Source of the DNA: Patescibacteria group bacterium
Lineage (GTDB): Bacteria > Patescibacteriota > Minisyncoccia > Moranbacterales > UBA2206
NCBI GenBank assembly: GCA_022711335.1
Contig: JAKLFF010000001.1
Coordinates: forward strand, 405,754 to 469,753
Reading direction: 5' to 3'
DNA length: 64,000 bases
The first letter of the stretch is position 1. Each line of letters opens with the position of its first letter. Below are positions 24,729 to 33,609 of the stretch, one piece after another. Both the position numbers and the translations under genes were made by a program. The notes under the pieces are model-generated. The model was not told where the DNA came from, searched no databases, and saw only the letters and a program-made list of their open reading frames with translations.

Positions 24729-27269
24729 ATGCGCATTTTTTCACCCAAAAACAATTTAGGTTGTCACAAAAAATTAAATTTTAATTTTAACTGGAAAAAA
24801 ATCTGGAAAATTATTGGTGTTTTGTCCGGAGCTGGATTTTTATTTGTCATTGGAATTTTTGCCTGGTTTGCCAAAGATCTTCCCAGCTCCGACAATATCA
24901 GCAGCCGCGTCGTTGTTGAATCGACCAAAATCTATGACCGCACGGGAGAACATATCCTTTATGAAGTCCACGGCGAAGAGAAAAGAACCCAGATTCCCTA
25001 TTCTGAAATGCCCGAAGCTATTCGTTATGCCACCATTGCTCTTGAAGATCAGGATTTTTATAACCATCACGGCATAAAGTTAAGCGCTATTTTACGCGCT
25101 GTTTTGAAAGATTTCATTGACATGGAAAAAACCCAGGGGGGGTCAACTATTACCCAGCAGCTGATTAAAAAAACCATGCTCACGGACGAAAAGACGCTAT
25201 CGCGAAAAATTAAAGAAGTTATTTTATCACTGGAGCTGGAACAAAAATTTTCCAAAGACGAAATCATGCACATGTATCTTAATACTATCCCTTATGGCTC
25301 CAACGCTTACGGCATTGAAGCAGCCGCCCAGACTTTTTTCGGAAAACACGCCAAAGAACTGGCGCTCGACGAATCAGCACTTATCGCTTCTCTTCCCCAG
25401 GCTCCAACCTATTTTTCCCCTTATGGATCCCACGTCGAAGATTTAAAATACCGCCAGGAAAACGCTCTTCGAAAAATGAAGGATCTTGGATATATCAGCG
25501 AGAAACAATATGAAGAAGCCAAATCATCCGATATTTTCGCTAAATTGAATCCCTATCGGGAAAAAATGGACGCCCCCCATTTCGTTATGTATGTAAAGGA
25601 ATATCTGGAAAAAAATTACGGCCAACAAGCAGTGGAACAGGGCGGCCTAAAAGTTTATACCACGCTTGATTGGAACAAGCAGCAATTGGGAGAAAGAGTG
25701 GTAAGAGAAGGAGCAGAAAAAAACAAAAAATATAAAGCGGAAAACGCATCGCTTGTCGCAATGGATCCAAAAACCGGACAAATTTTAACAATGGTCGGAT
25801 CGCGCGATTATTTTGACACGACTATTGACGGACAAGTTAACGTAGCCATTCGGGACCGCCAGCCAGGATCATCTTTCAAACCTTATGTATATCTTACCGC
25901 CTTTAAAAAAGGCTATACGCCAGAAACTCAGATTTGGGACGTGGATATTAATTTTTCAACCGACAGCGGAAAAGACTATAATCCCAAAAATTACGACGGC
26001 AAGAACCGGGGGCCGCTTCAAATGAAAGACGCATTGGCAATGTCGCTTAATGTCCCGGCCGTAGAAACGCTTTATCTCGCCGGAGTAAAAGATTCCGTTG
26101 CCCAAGCCAGAGAAATGGGCATAACCACCCTCACCCAGCCTGACCGCTATGGCTTGTCCCTGGTTCTCGGCGGAGGGGAAGTGAAGCTGCTTGAGCACAC
26201 CAATGCTTTTTCCACTTTTGCTACCGGAGGAATTCGCCATAAAAAAACCGCTATAATGAAAATTCTGGATTCATCCGGGCAAGTTCTCGAAGAATATAAG
26301 CCTGATGCAGGAGAAAGAGCGGTGGATGAAAAATATGTGGCCATGATTGATTATGTTATGTCCACTAATAGCTTGCGCGCCCCAGTTTTTGGAGAAAACA
26401 ATCCATTGAAATTCGATAACCGGCCAGTTGCCGCCAAAACCGGAACAACCAACGAATGGCGCGACGGTTGGACAATGGGCTACACTCCGTCGCTTGCCGT
26501 CGGCGTTTGGGCGGGAAATAATGATAATTCCACCATGGCCCAAGGCGCAGACGGAGTTTATGTAGCCGCGCCGATTTTCCGCGCTTTCATGGACGAAGCT
26601 CTTAAAAATTATCCTGTTGAGCAATTTCCCAAATACGAAAAAGAGGAGACAGGAAAAGATGTTCTGGACGGAAAAATTACAACCAAAGAAAAACTCGACG
26701 TCTGTGAAATTCCCGACGAAGATGATAAATATTGCCTAGCTAACGATGCTTGCCCGAAAGACGATTGGGAAGAAAAGAAGTTTTCTCAAGCCCATTCTAT
26801 CCTCTATTATGTCGACAAAGATAATCCTCGCGGCGACAAACCAAGCAGTCCTGAAAAGGATCCGCAATTTGCCAATTGGGAAAAAGCGGTAAAAAGCTGG
26901 ATCAAAGGCAATAAAGACTATTCAGACAGAGAAACCCCGACAGAAGAATGCAATCCGGAGGATTTCGGCAGAGACAAAAGCGACCTGGATATCAAGACAA
27001 CGGTTTCCACTCCTGGTGACGGAGATACTATTACCTCCTCGCCCTTCACTATTAGCGCTAAGGCTGTTTCCGGATATGACATCACAAAAATGAAAATAAC
27101 AGTTGATGGAAATGAAGTCTCTTCCCAAGACGATGAGAGCAGTATCAGTTTCTCTTATTCTGTTCCAGATGATAAAAAAACATCTACCCTCAACATCAAA
27201 GTTACAGCGACCGATGAAAAAGACCGTTCTGACTCAGACAAGCTAAGCGTGAAAATAAATATACCATAA
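24729..27269 (+). CDS. Class A penicillin-binding protein (bifunctional glycosyltransferase/transpeptidase, PBP1A-like)
   Basis: N-terminal TM, then GT51 motifs (EDQDFYNHHGI, GGSTITQQL) and transpeptidase motifs (SSFKP, SLN, KTGTT). The C-terminal ~200 aa are an acidic/Ig-like extension. Confidence 0.85.
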   Translation: MRIFSPKNNLGCHKKLNFNFNWKKIWKIIGVLSGAGFLFVIGIFAWFAKDLPSSDNISSRVVVESTKIYDRTGEHILYEVHGEEKRTQIPYSEMPEAIRYATIALEDQDFYNHHGIKLSAILRAVLKDFIDMEKTQGGSTITQQLIKKTMLTDEKTLSRKIKEVILSLELEQKFSKDEIMHMYLNTIPYGSNAYGIEAAAQTFFGKHAKELALDESALIASLPQAPTYFSPYGSHVEDLKYRQENALRKMKDLGYISEKQYEEAKSSDIFAKLNPYREKMDAPHFVMYVKEYLEKNYGQQAVEQGGLKVYTTLDWNKQQLGERVVREGAEKNKKYKAENASLVAMDPKTGQILTMVGSRDYFDTTIDGQVNVAIRDRQPGSSFKPYVYLTAFKKGYTPETQIWDVDINFSTDSGKDYNPKNYDGKNRGPLQMKDALAMSLNVPAVETLYLAGVKDSVAQAREMGITTLTQPDRYGLSLVLGGGEVKLLEHTNAFSTFATGGIRHKKTAIMKILDSSGQVLEEYKPDAGERAVDEKYVAMIDYVMSTNSLRAPVFGENNPLKFDNRPVAAKTGTTNEWRDGWTMGYTPSLAVGVWAGNNDNSTMAQGADGVYVAAPIFRAFMDEALKNYPVEQFPKYEKEETGKDVLDGKITTKEKLDVCEIPDEDDKYCLANDACPKDDWEEKKFSQAHSILYYVDKDNPRGDKPSSPEKDPQFANWEKAVKSWIKGNKDYSDRETPTEECNPEDFGRDKSDLDIKTTVSTPGDGDTITSSPFTISAKAVSGYDITKMKITVDGNEVSSQDDESSISFSYSVPDDKKTSTLNIKVTATDEKDRSDSDKLSVKINIP

Positions 27270-27448
27270 GGCTTTAAATCCAAAATTCTAATATCCCTGC
27301 CTACCGGCAGGCAGGTAAATTCTAAATAATTTCAAAATCATAATATTAAAATTCTAAATAATTCCATTTATTGTTTGGTAAATTTGAATTTTGGCAGTTG
27401 TGATTTATCTAGAATTTGATGCTTGAGATTTAGAATTTTTAACTATTT

Positions 27449-28276
27449 ATGACACTCTTCCAAGCCATCATCCTCGGCCTTGTCCAGGGTCTCGGAGAAT
27501 TTCTGCCCATCTCTTCCTCCGGACATCTGGTTATTCTCCCATGGCTTTTTGATTTTTCTGATCCCGGACTTTCTTTCGATATCGCGCTTCATCTTGGAAC
27601 ACTTATTGCCATCGTTCTATATTTTTGGAAAGATTTTGTAAATATTATTTCTGCTTCATTATCCTCCTCTCCCTTAGGGAGAGGATGTCCCAAAGGGACA
27701 GGAGAGGGAAAAAACTACAGCTATTCAAAGAATCTGCTTTGGCTCCTCATCCTCGCCACCATCCCTGGCGCGATTTTTGGACTGCTTTTCGAAAAACAAG
27801 CGGAAACAATTTTTAGAAACCCTCTGCTTATTGCTGGGACATTGTCTATTGCTGGCTTGGTTTTATATCTAGCCGACAAATATGCCCTGCACAAAAAAGA
27901 TATCAATGGTATAACAAAAAAAGACGCCGTTATTATTGGCATCTCGCAAGCTTTCTCTATTATTCCGGGAATTTCAAGAGCTGGGGCAACAATAACTTCC
28001 GGCTTATTTTTGGGTCTAAGCAGAACTGCCGCTGCCCGATTTTCTTTCTTGCTTTCCGCTCCGATTATCTTCGGCGCCACGATCATTAAGCTTCCTGATT
28101 TTTTAAAAAGCAGCGTTGGACTTTATGAAATCATTGCCATCATCACCGCCGCCGTCTCTGGCTATGTCGCTATCGCATGGCTTTTGAATTTTGTAGAAAA
28201 AGTCAGTTATAAAGTTTTTTTCTGGTATAGATTATTATTAGCCGTTATAATTGTTATAATTTGGTTTATAAAATAA
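27449..28276 (+). CDS. uppP: Undecaprenyl-diphosphatase UppP (BacA) with an in-frame palindromic insert
   Basis: MTLFQAIILGLVQGLGEFLPISSSGHL and ...SRAGATITSGLFLGL are both strong UppP signatures. The loop between helices carries extra residues SPLGRGCPKGTGEGK, encoded by the palindromic element at 27661-27712. Confidence 0.8.
   Translation: MTLFQAIILGLVQGLGEFLPISSSGHLVILPWLFDFSDPGLSFDIALHLGTLIAIVLYFWKDFVNIISASLSSSPLGRGCPKGTGEGKNYSYSKNLLWLLILATIPGAIFGLLFEKQAETIFRNPLLIAGTLSIAGLVLYLADKYALHKKDINGITKKDAVIIGISQAFSIIPGISRAGATITSGLFLGLSRTAAARFSFLLSAPIIFGATIIKLPDFLKSSVGLYEIIAIITAAVSGYVAIAWLLNFVEKVSYKVFFWYRLLLAVIIVIIWFIK
27661..27712. repeat. Intragenic palindromic element (family also present in fpg at ~55-108)
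   Basis: CCTCTCCCTTAGGGAGAGG + ATGTCCCAAAGGGACAG + GAGAGGG forms two consecutive hairpins. The core GAGAG[GA]ATGTCCC[GA]AAGGGACAG[AG]AGAGG is shared with 61-105. Confidence 0.6.
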
Positions 28277-28277
28277 T

Positions 28278-28721
28278 ATGGAAGTTTATAATGAAGAAAA
28301 GGCGATTGAAGAACATGCAAAAATCCAATCCCCTTCGGAAGAAACTCCGGAAAGAAGCGAAAAGAAAAGGGCTTTGGAATTTGGCAGAGAAAAGTTAGGC
28401 AAAATTTGTTATTCAATCAGTTCTTATAAAGAAATCGAAGAAAATCTCATTGGGCGATATGGCTTGGATCAAATTCAGGCAAAATGCCGTCATTTAGACG
28501 AAATTATTAAAAAATATCCGGATGAATTTATTGAAAACGGCCTTGAATTGCAAGATGCTATTGGAAATTTCGAAGGAGGGCTGGGCATGCTCGCCCGCAT
28601 ATCCAGCAATATCAAGAATGAAGCGATATTATCAAAGCCTTTGGAAAATATTGTCACAAAATTTGATAATTATCTTGATTCGCAAATCAAAAAAAGCCTA
28701 GGAAAACAGACCCTTCACTAA
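28278..28721 (+). CDS. Hypothetical protein
   Basis: 147-aa hydrophilic ORF, start-coupled to the uppP stop. No motif. Confidence 0.4.
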   Translation: MEVYNEEKAIEEHAKIQSPSEETPERSEKKRALEFGREKLGKICYSISSYKEIEENLIGRYGLDQIQAKCRHLDEIIKKYPDEFIENGLELQDAIGNFEGGLGMLARISSNIKNEAILSKPLENIVTKFDNYLDSQIKKSLGKQTLH

Positions 28722-28737
28722 TTTTTCAAATGTTCAA

Positions 28738-28764
28738 AAAACAGCCTTGCGGTTGTTTTTTTAT
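28738..28764. terminator. Intrinsic terminator between convergent genes
   Basis: AAACAGCCTTGCGGTTGTTT hairpin (one G·U pair) followed by TTTTTTT. Confidence 0.45.
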
Positions 28765-29042
28765 TTTAATTTTATCTCCTTGACCGCCCCTTCGCCCAAT
28801 TCCTCATTCATTTTCCGAATTATTTTCTGCCGGTTTATCCACAGTTCCGACGCAAATGTTGGGCTTTCGCTTTTCACGAAAACAGTCCTGTTCTTGAAAA
28901 AATCCGCTCTCAATTTTTCCGCGCCGTAATTGCCGTATTCTTCCTTAATCACGCGCGAAAAAACATAAAAAACATCCTTGTCGGAAAAAGAATGCACAAC
29001 GGCCTTTTTATGTTTTTCTAAAAGGTTTTTTAGGGATTTCAT
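28761..29042 (-). CDS. DUF721/DciA-like small protein
   Basis: 93 aa. ...KNRTVFVKSESPTFASELWINRQKIIRKMNEELGEGAVKEIKLK matches the DUF721 pattern (V.V.S..WA.EL...L...IN..LG...V..I). Confidence 0.45.
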   Translation of the reverse strand: MKSLKNLLEKHKKAVVHSFSDKDVFYVFSRVIKEEYGNYGAEKLRADFFKNRTVFVKSESPTFASELWINRQKIIRKMNEELGEGAVKEIKLK

Positions 29043-30676
29043 ATTTTTTCCAAAACATAATATAAATTTTCATCCCCCTCGCCGGTTTTCAGTGGCAATT
29101 TTTCAATCTTTTTAATCTTAAACCCGGTCAGTTTCGCCAATTCTTCAATGTCTTCATGAGAATAGGCATATCTTGTCGCAAAATGCTGCCCGTCGGGAGA
29201 ATCATAAATGCTTCCGTACCGAAAATTCCGAATGCCCCGCTTTTTCATTTCACTAGCATATTCTTCCACCATTTTTTTGTACCCACCTTTTTCTCGATTG
29301 GGAATGTCAAAAATAAACTGTCCGCCCGATGCCAAAATCCGGTTGGCTTCACGGAATAATTGAACCTGATCAATGATGGAATAATCATGCAAAATATTTC
29401 TTCCCAGAGAATAAACTGTATTCATACTTTCATTTTGAATCGCATTATTGTGCCAGTCGCCCTGAAAAACTTTTGCAACATGACCAGTTTTTTCAATGGC
29501 TTCTTTAGTTTTCTCCACGTGCCTCTGGGTGAAATCATATCCAGATATATCGTATCCGTCTTTAGCTAGTTCAGTTATCAGTCTTCCCGCTCCGCAGCCC
29601 ATTTCCAACGCTTTTTCATCCTTTCTGATCAAAGATTCCAAAAGCTCTACTTCTTTTTCATTCATTCTTTCATTGACTTTATATTCTTCGAATTTTATAT
29701 TTTCCTCGTAAAATTTTTGCAGATTTGAAATGGCGATTTTGTCATGGTTGGGAGTAATTAATGATCTGGCGTAAGCATATTCCTCATTCATATCGGAACT
29801 ACCCTCAATACGCTCGTTAATTTTTTTGCGAACAATCTCTGCGCCATATGCTTCCGTCAAAACAAACATGATCACTTTCGCTTTTTCTATTGGTCCGAAT
29901 CTCAGATAATCGAATAAAGCTACGTCAAAATCAGGAGAAATTTCTTTTCGGCCTTTAAGGCATTCGGCTATTTCTCTAGCATGGTATCTGGAATAAAAAT
30001 CACGATCAATATAATTAAGAAGATAAAAGTCAGTCTTCCAATCGCCAATTTTCTCTTTGTGTTTTTTGAAATTCTTGAGTATCTCTGACGTTGTTCTGCC
30101 AAATATTTCGTGATAATCCATCATTTCTAGAATGGCATCGCGTTCCAAATTTTCCGGTTCTTTTTCTCCTCTTTCTTCCAAATCATCTTGATCTGGCTGA
30201 TGGATGCTCCGACAATATTCCAATCTTTGTCTTTCTTCTTCAGTATAATCATCGGGTTCGTAGTCGGAAAGATTGGCCCACATGGCTCTGTCCAGCCATT
30301 CTTTTCTTCTTTCCTTGTATAATTTTATAAGGTATTCTCCGAAAAATTCTGCCGCTCTTTTTGGATTATTTTCAAACATTTGGGAAATAAGCACCGCCTT
30401 GAAGTCTCCAAATTCATCAACGTCATTATCATAAAGATAATCAGTGTTGTATTTTTCCGGGAAATTATTTGAAATGAAAATTTCCCCGACCATTCGCCAA
30501 CCTGCTTGGCTTTTCAATATTTCATCCGCGTTTTTACCGCGCAATTCTTCAGGCAATCCGTCCTTTAATGTATCAAAAAATTCCTGTACGTCTTTCTCAT
30601 TAAAAATAACTTTCTCCTCTGGCAGAACGATTTCTTCTTTTTCAGAATTACCCTGAACCGGTATTTTTTCAAACAT
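29039..30676 (-). CDS. Class I SAM-dependent methyltransferase domain protein with a large N-terminal region of unknown function
   Basis: C-terminal motif I LEMGCGAGRLITELAKDGYDISGYDFTQ and a post-I region ...ILASGGQFIFDIPN. The N-terminal ~330 aa show no match. Confidence 0.55.
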   Translation of the reverse strand: MFEKIPVQGNSEKEEIVLPEEKVIFNEKDVQEFFDTLKDGLPEELRGKNADEILKSQAGWRMVGEIFISNNFPEKYNTDYLYDNDVDEFGDFKAVLISQMFENNPKRAAEFFGEYLIKLYKERRKEWLDRAMWANLSDYEPDDYTEEERQRLEYCRSIHQPDQDDLEERGEKEPENLERDAILEMMDYHEIFGRTTSEILKNFKKHKEKIGDWKTDFYLLNYIDRDFYSRYHAREIAECLKGRKEISPDFDVALFDYLRFGPIEKAKVIMFVLTEAYGAEIVRKKINERIEGSSDMNEEYAYARSLITPNHDKIAISNLQKFYEENIKFEEYKVNERMNEKEVELLESLIRKDEKALEMGCGAGRLITELAKDGYDISGYDFTQRHVEKTKEAIEKTGHVAKVFQGDWHNNAIQNESMNTVYSLGRNILHDYSIIDQVQLFREANRILASGGQFIFDIPNREKGGYKKMVEEYASEMKKRGIRNFRYGSIYDSPDGQHFATRYAYSHEDIEELAKLTGFKIKKIEKLPLKTGEGDENLYYVLEKI

Positions 30677-30724
30677 ATTTTTTGTGCTTAAGCAATTCTA
30701 TTCTATCAAATCCAGGGAAAAGAA

Positions 30725-30815
30725 AAAAGGCGAGCGGGTCGTGGCGTGGTAGCCTATCCCGGATGCTCGCCCTTAGCGGTTTCGGTTTTTTTAGGGAGAC
30801 CGAAAACTCCCGCCG
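30725..30815. repeat. Structured ~85-bp element, copy 1 (direct repeat of 31737-31827)
   Basis: GGCGAGCGGGTCGTGGCGTGGTAGCCTATCCCGGATGCTCGCC (stem GGCGAGC/GCTCGCC) + TTAGCGGTTTCGGTTTTTTTAGGGAGACCGAAAACTCCC (second stem GGGAG/CTCCC). Nearly identical to the copy 1 kb away. Confidence 0.6.
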
Positions 30816-30841
30816 GCTATTCAGGGGATGCCGGTCACTCC

Positions 30842-31093
30842 TCAAAAAATTTGTTTTTTTCGGCCGGTCCACCAGCCGACTTCCTCCTCCCGCACCTTCA
30901 AGATGCAGGAGATCTCGAAGTAGTCCTTGGGCTCTCCAAAGCCCTCAGACTCTTCGACTGTGTCTAAAAACAACTGTTCCTCGCCGGTGGCGAGGAACTT
31001 CTTCTCTAATTCCCTGACCACGTCGCCGTGGCCAGAGTCGAACAACAGGCCGTGTCGCAGCCCGTTGTCCTTGATTTCAAATTTCTTTCCCAT
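30842..31093 (-). CDS. Hypothetical small protein (GC-rich islet)
   Basis: 83 aa from the ATG at 31093, with a strong RBS (AGAAAGGAGAAAAATATG). The codon usage is visibly GC-richer than in flanking genes. Confidence 0.4.
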   Translation of the reverse strand: MGKKFEIKDNGLRHGLLFDSGHGDVVRELEKKFLATGEEQLFLDTVEESEGFGEPKDYFEISCILKVREEEVGWWTGRKKQIF

Positions 31094-31251
31094 ATTTTTC
31101 TCCTTTCTATGGGAAATTAACTTCACTTCTGAACCCGCAAAGCCAATCTTTACGGGTTCGGAATGAAGGGCAAAACTTTTGTCGTGGTAGACTCAAGTCT
31201 TGCCATTCAAGTGGTTCCCTTTTTATATACCGCTGGGACAGCGGTCGGAAA

Positions 31252-31590
31252 TCAGAGTTTTTCAAAAATCACTCTGATTTCCTTAATCCGGAACCATCCT
31301 GCGTGGCGAAAGCCAAGCAGTTTGGTTCCGTCGACCGGGTCCATGACCCGGTCATTCTTGCAAAAGAGCACGGGCTTGTCAGGCCCGGCTATCTGCAAAA
31401 ACTGCTGCTGCAGCGGAAGTGGGGCCACGATGGCCACCACGTCCGCCGCAGCGATCTCCTCGGCCAATTCATGCGCCGAAGAGATCGTCCGATTGACCTG
31501 GTGAACTTCCACCAGGCCAAAAATTCTTTTCAAGTCGGCCGATTGCTCGGCCGACATCTCATGCCTGGAAAACCACAAGACTTTCGTCAT
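31252..31590 (-). CDS. Hypothetical small protein (GC-rich islet)
   Basis: 112 aa from the ATG at 31590 (RBS AGGAAAGGAGAATCTCATG): MTKVLWFSRHEMSAEQSADLKRIFG.... No motif recognised. Confidence 0.4.
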   Translation of the reverse strand: MTKVLWFSRHEMSAEQSADLKRIFGLVEVHQVNRTISSAHELAEEIAAADVVAIVAPLPLQQQFLQIAGPDKPVLFCKNDRVMDPVDGTKLLGFRHAGWFRIKEIRVIFEKL

Positions 31591-31736
31591 GAGATTCTCC
31601 TTTCCTGCTGAACATTTCCCTTGCGCCGTTTCGCTCCCAACCACATCCTGATCAGCATTCAGGACTGGGCCAAGCGCAAAGAAAATTTTTTCACTTCCGA
31701 TTCTGCGAAGACAATCCTCACAGACTCGGAATGAAA

Positions 31737-31827
31737 GGCGAGCGGGTTGTGGCGTGGTAGCCTATCCCGGGTGCTCGCCTATTTTAGGTTTCGGTTTTTT
31801 TAGGGAGACCGAAAACTCCCTTGAGAG
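31737..31827. repeat. Structured ~85-bp element, copy 2
   Basis: GGCGAGCGGGTTGTGGCGTGGTAGCCTATCCCGGGTGCTCGCC + TATTTTAGGTTTCGGTTTTTTTAGGGAGACCGAAAACTCCC. A truncated third partial copy (CGGAATGAAGGGC) is at ~31140-31165. Confidence 0.6.
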
Positions 31828-32067
31828 CTACCACATCCGGTTGTCACACCGGGGGCAGCCCTCGTTCTTGACGTAGACATACTCGTCTACGCCAAATTCC
31901 TGCCCGCACCGCGGGCAGGAGAAAAAATTTTCATAGACTGCCAGATGGCAGTCTATGCATTCCCTCGCCTTCCCGGCGAGGGAAAAAATCTGGTGTGGAC
32001 AATCGTCCACACCAGATAAAATTCCTTCACTGCTGCAAATTTCGCAGCAGACGAATTTCTTTGCCAT
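31828..32067 (-). CDS. Zinc-ribbon (multi-CxxC) small protein
   Basis: 79 aa from the ATG at 32067 (perfect RBS GAAAGGAGGAACGCC-ATG): MAKKFVCCEICSSEG...CPHQ...CIDCH...CPRCGQEF...CPRCDNRMW, with four CxxC pairs. GC-rich. Confidence 0.5.
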   Translation of the reverse strand: MAKKFVCCEICSSEGILSGVDDCPHQIFSLAGKARECIDCHLAVYENFFSCPRCGQEFGVDEYVYVKNEGCPRCDNRMW

Positions 32068-32326
32068 GGCGTTCCTCCTTTCATGGCAAATGTTAACCTT
32101 TCCCCAGCCAGTGTAACTCCCGACCAGTCCGACACAACGTCGGACCCGGGCCATAGCTGGTTTGTCCAGCACCAACTACTCCTCACTAACAAAAGTTTGT
32201 TTAATAAAGAAAAGTTGGTGCTGGATTTATTCGCATGTGCCCATTCGTTAGGGCTATTCGCATACTTCAACCGAGAGAAAATAAAAGCTAATTGAAATAT
32301 GTAATAATTTATGCTAAGCTATTGCT

Positions 32327-32632
32327 ATGAGTACGGAGCAAATAGAACAAAAACTTATAGAAGCCATTGAAAAAGATCCTCATAAAAAGGACATGAAAAA
32401 AGTGTCTCTTTTCGGTTCTTATATCTATGGCCAACCCCGTGAAGATTCTGACGTGGATGTTTTAGTGGAATTTGAACCTAATTCTAGTATTAGTCTTTTT
32501 GACTTGGTTCATATCCGCCGAAATTTTTCTGAATTTATCGGGAAAAAAGTTGATCTTCTGACACCCTCCGCTCTTAGCAAGTATTTCCGCGATGAAGTAC
32601 TAGCCAAAGCTAAAACCATTTATGAAAAATGA
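32327..32632 (+). CDS. Nucleotidyltransferase (MNT/MntA-type) antitoxin
   Basis: ...VSLFGSYIYGQPREDSDVDVLVEF has the GS...D.D pol-beta NTase signature. Its stop overlaps the start of the HEPN gene. Confidence 0.7.
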   Translation: MSTEQIEQKLIEAIEKDPHKKDMKKVSLFGSYIYGQPREDSDVDVLVEFEPNSSISLFDLVHIRRNFSEFIGKKVDLLTPSALSKYFRDEVLAKAKTIYEK

Positions 32633-32954
32633 TCTCGTTTTTATAGGACATATTCAGGACTCTATCAATAACATCAATGAGTTTATTGGAAACTCTGATT
32701 TTGAAAGTTTTTCTAAAAATAAACTAGTGCTTAGCGGCGTAGTTCACGAATTTGAAATTATTGGCGAAGCCTCCAATAAAATCAGCCGTGAATTTTGCGA
32801 TTCTCACCCGGAAATACCCTGGAGAGACATGATTGATATGCGAAATGTGCTTATTCATGAATATTTTGGTATTATTCCTGAATCCGTCTGGGAAGCTTAT
32901 AAAAAAGACCTCCCCAAGCTTAAAACGGCCATAGACCAAATACTCATTTCTTAA
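32622..32954 (+). CDS. HEPN-domain (DUF86/HepT-type) toxin
   Basis: ...DMIDMRNVLIHEYFGI carries the R-x(4-6)-H HEPN motif. Translationally coupled to the MNT gene. Confidence 0.7.
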   Translation: MKNDLVFIGHIQDSINNINEFIGNSDFESFSKNKLVLSGVVHEFEIIGEASNKISREFCDSHPEIPWRDMIDMRNVLIHEYFGIIPESVWEAYKKDLPKLKTAIDQILIS

Positions 32955-33609
32955 CTTCCATTTTTTCTCGGTTGAATAATATTCAATTTTCAAAGATCCG
33001 TTTTGCGGATTTTTTGATTCCACAAAAATGCCAGTGAGTGTTCATCCATTAAAGAGAAGAGAGATTTTCTTTAGCTAATGAATAAATAATACTCACTGAC
33101 ATTTTTTGACTCTCTTCTCTAGACTTTTAGAAAGCCTGCTCCTGATTCCTACCTCACCCTGCCCTCTCCTTATAAAGGAGAGTGGGATTTGATAAGAACC
33201 AAGGACCACTTTCTATCCCGACGATGGCTCGTTGGGAGAGAAATAAGCTTATTGCCATTCATCCAGCTATCTTTTTTTGGAACGCATGTATGCGTTCCCT
33301 ACAATCTCTCTTCCCTTTGGATGAATTTAGTATGCTGCTTATTTCCAGTGCCATTTTATGATCCTTACCGCCCTTTCAGGCGATTTGGATACATATTATG
33401 TATATTTAATGTTCTTGGTTACGTGTCTCTCTCCTCTTTGGGCGATATTTCATCGTAACGGGCCATTATATCAGATATTACACTAAATGTCAATTTAAAT
33501 AGACTTATACTATTTTTATCCTATCGTAAATAAGCCATTTATACCTTTAATTTGACAAATTATGGCTTATTTGCTATACTATAAATGTTGACTTATTTTT
33601 TCGACATAT

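Noticed and set aside
30720-32300. The GC-rich stretch as an rRNA fragment or a large structured RNA
   Set aside because: It contains three ORFs with excellent RBSs (AGGAGG/AGGAGA at proper spacing) and protein-like translations. No rRNA signature motifs were recognised. Only the two 85-bp repeats look RNA-like.
33189-33458. 89-aa ORF in the 650-bp gap before the TrmB regulator
   Set aside because: It has no RBS and a Cys/Phe/Leu-rich, low-complexity translation, and it sits inside a region dominated by an inverted repeat. It is more likely non-coding.
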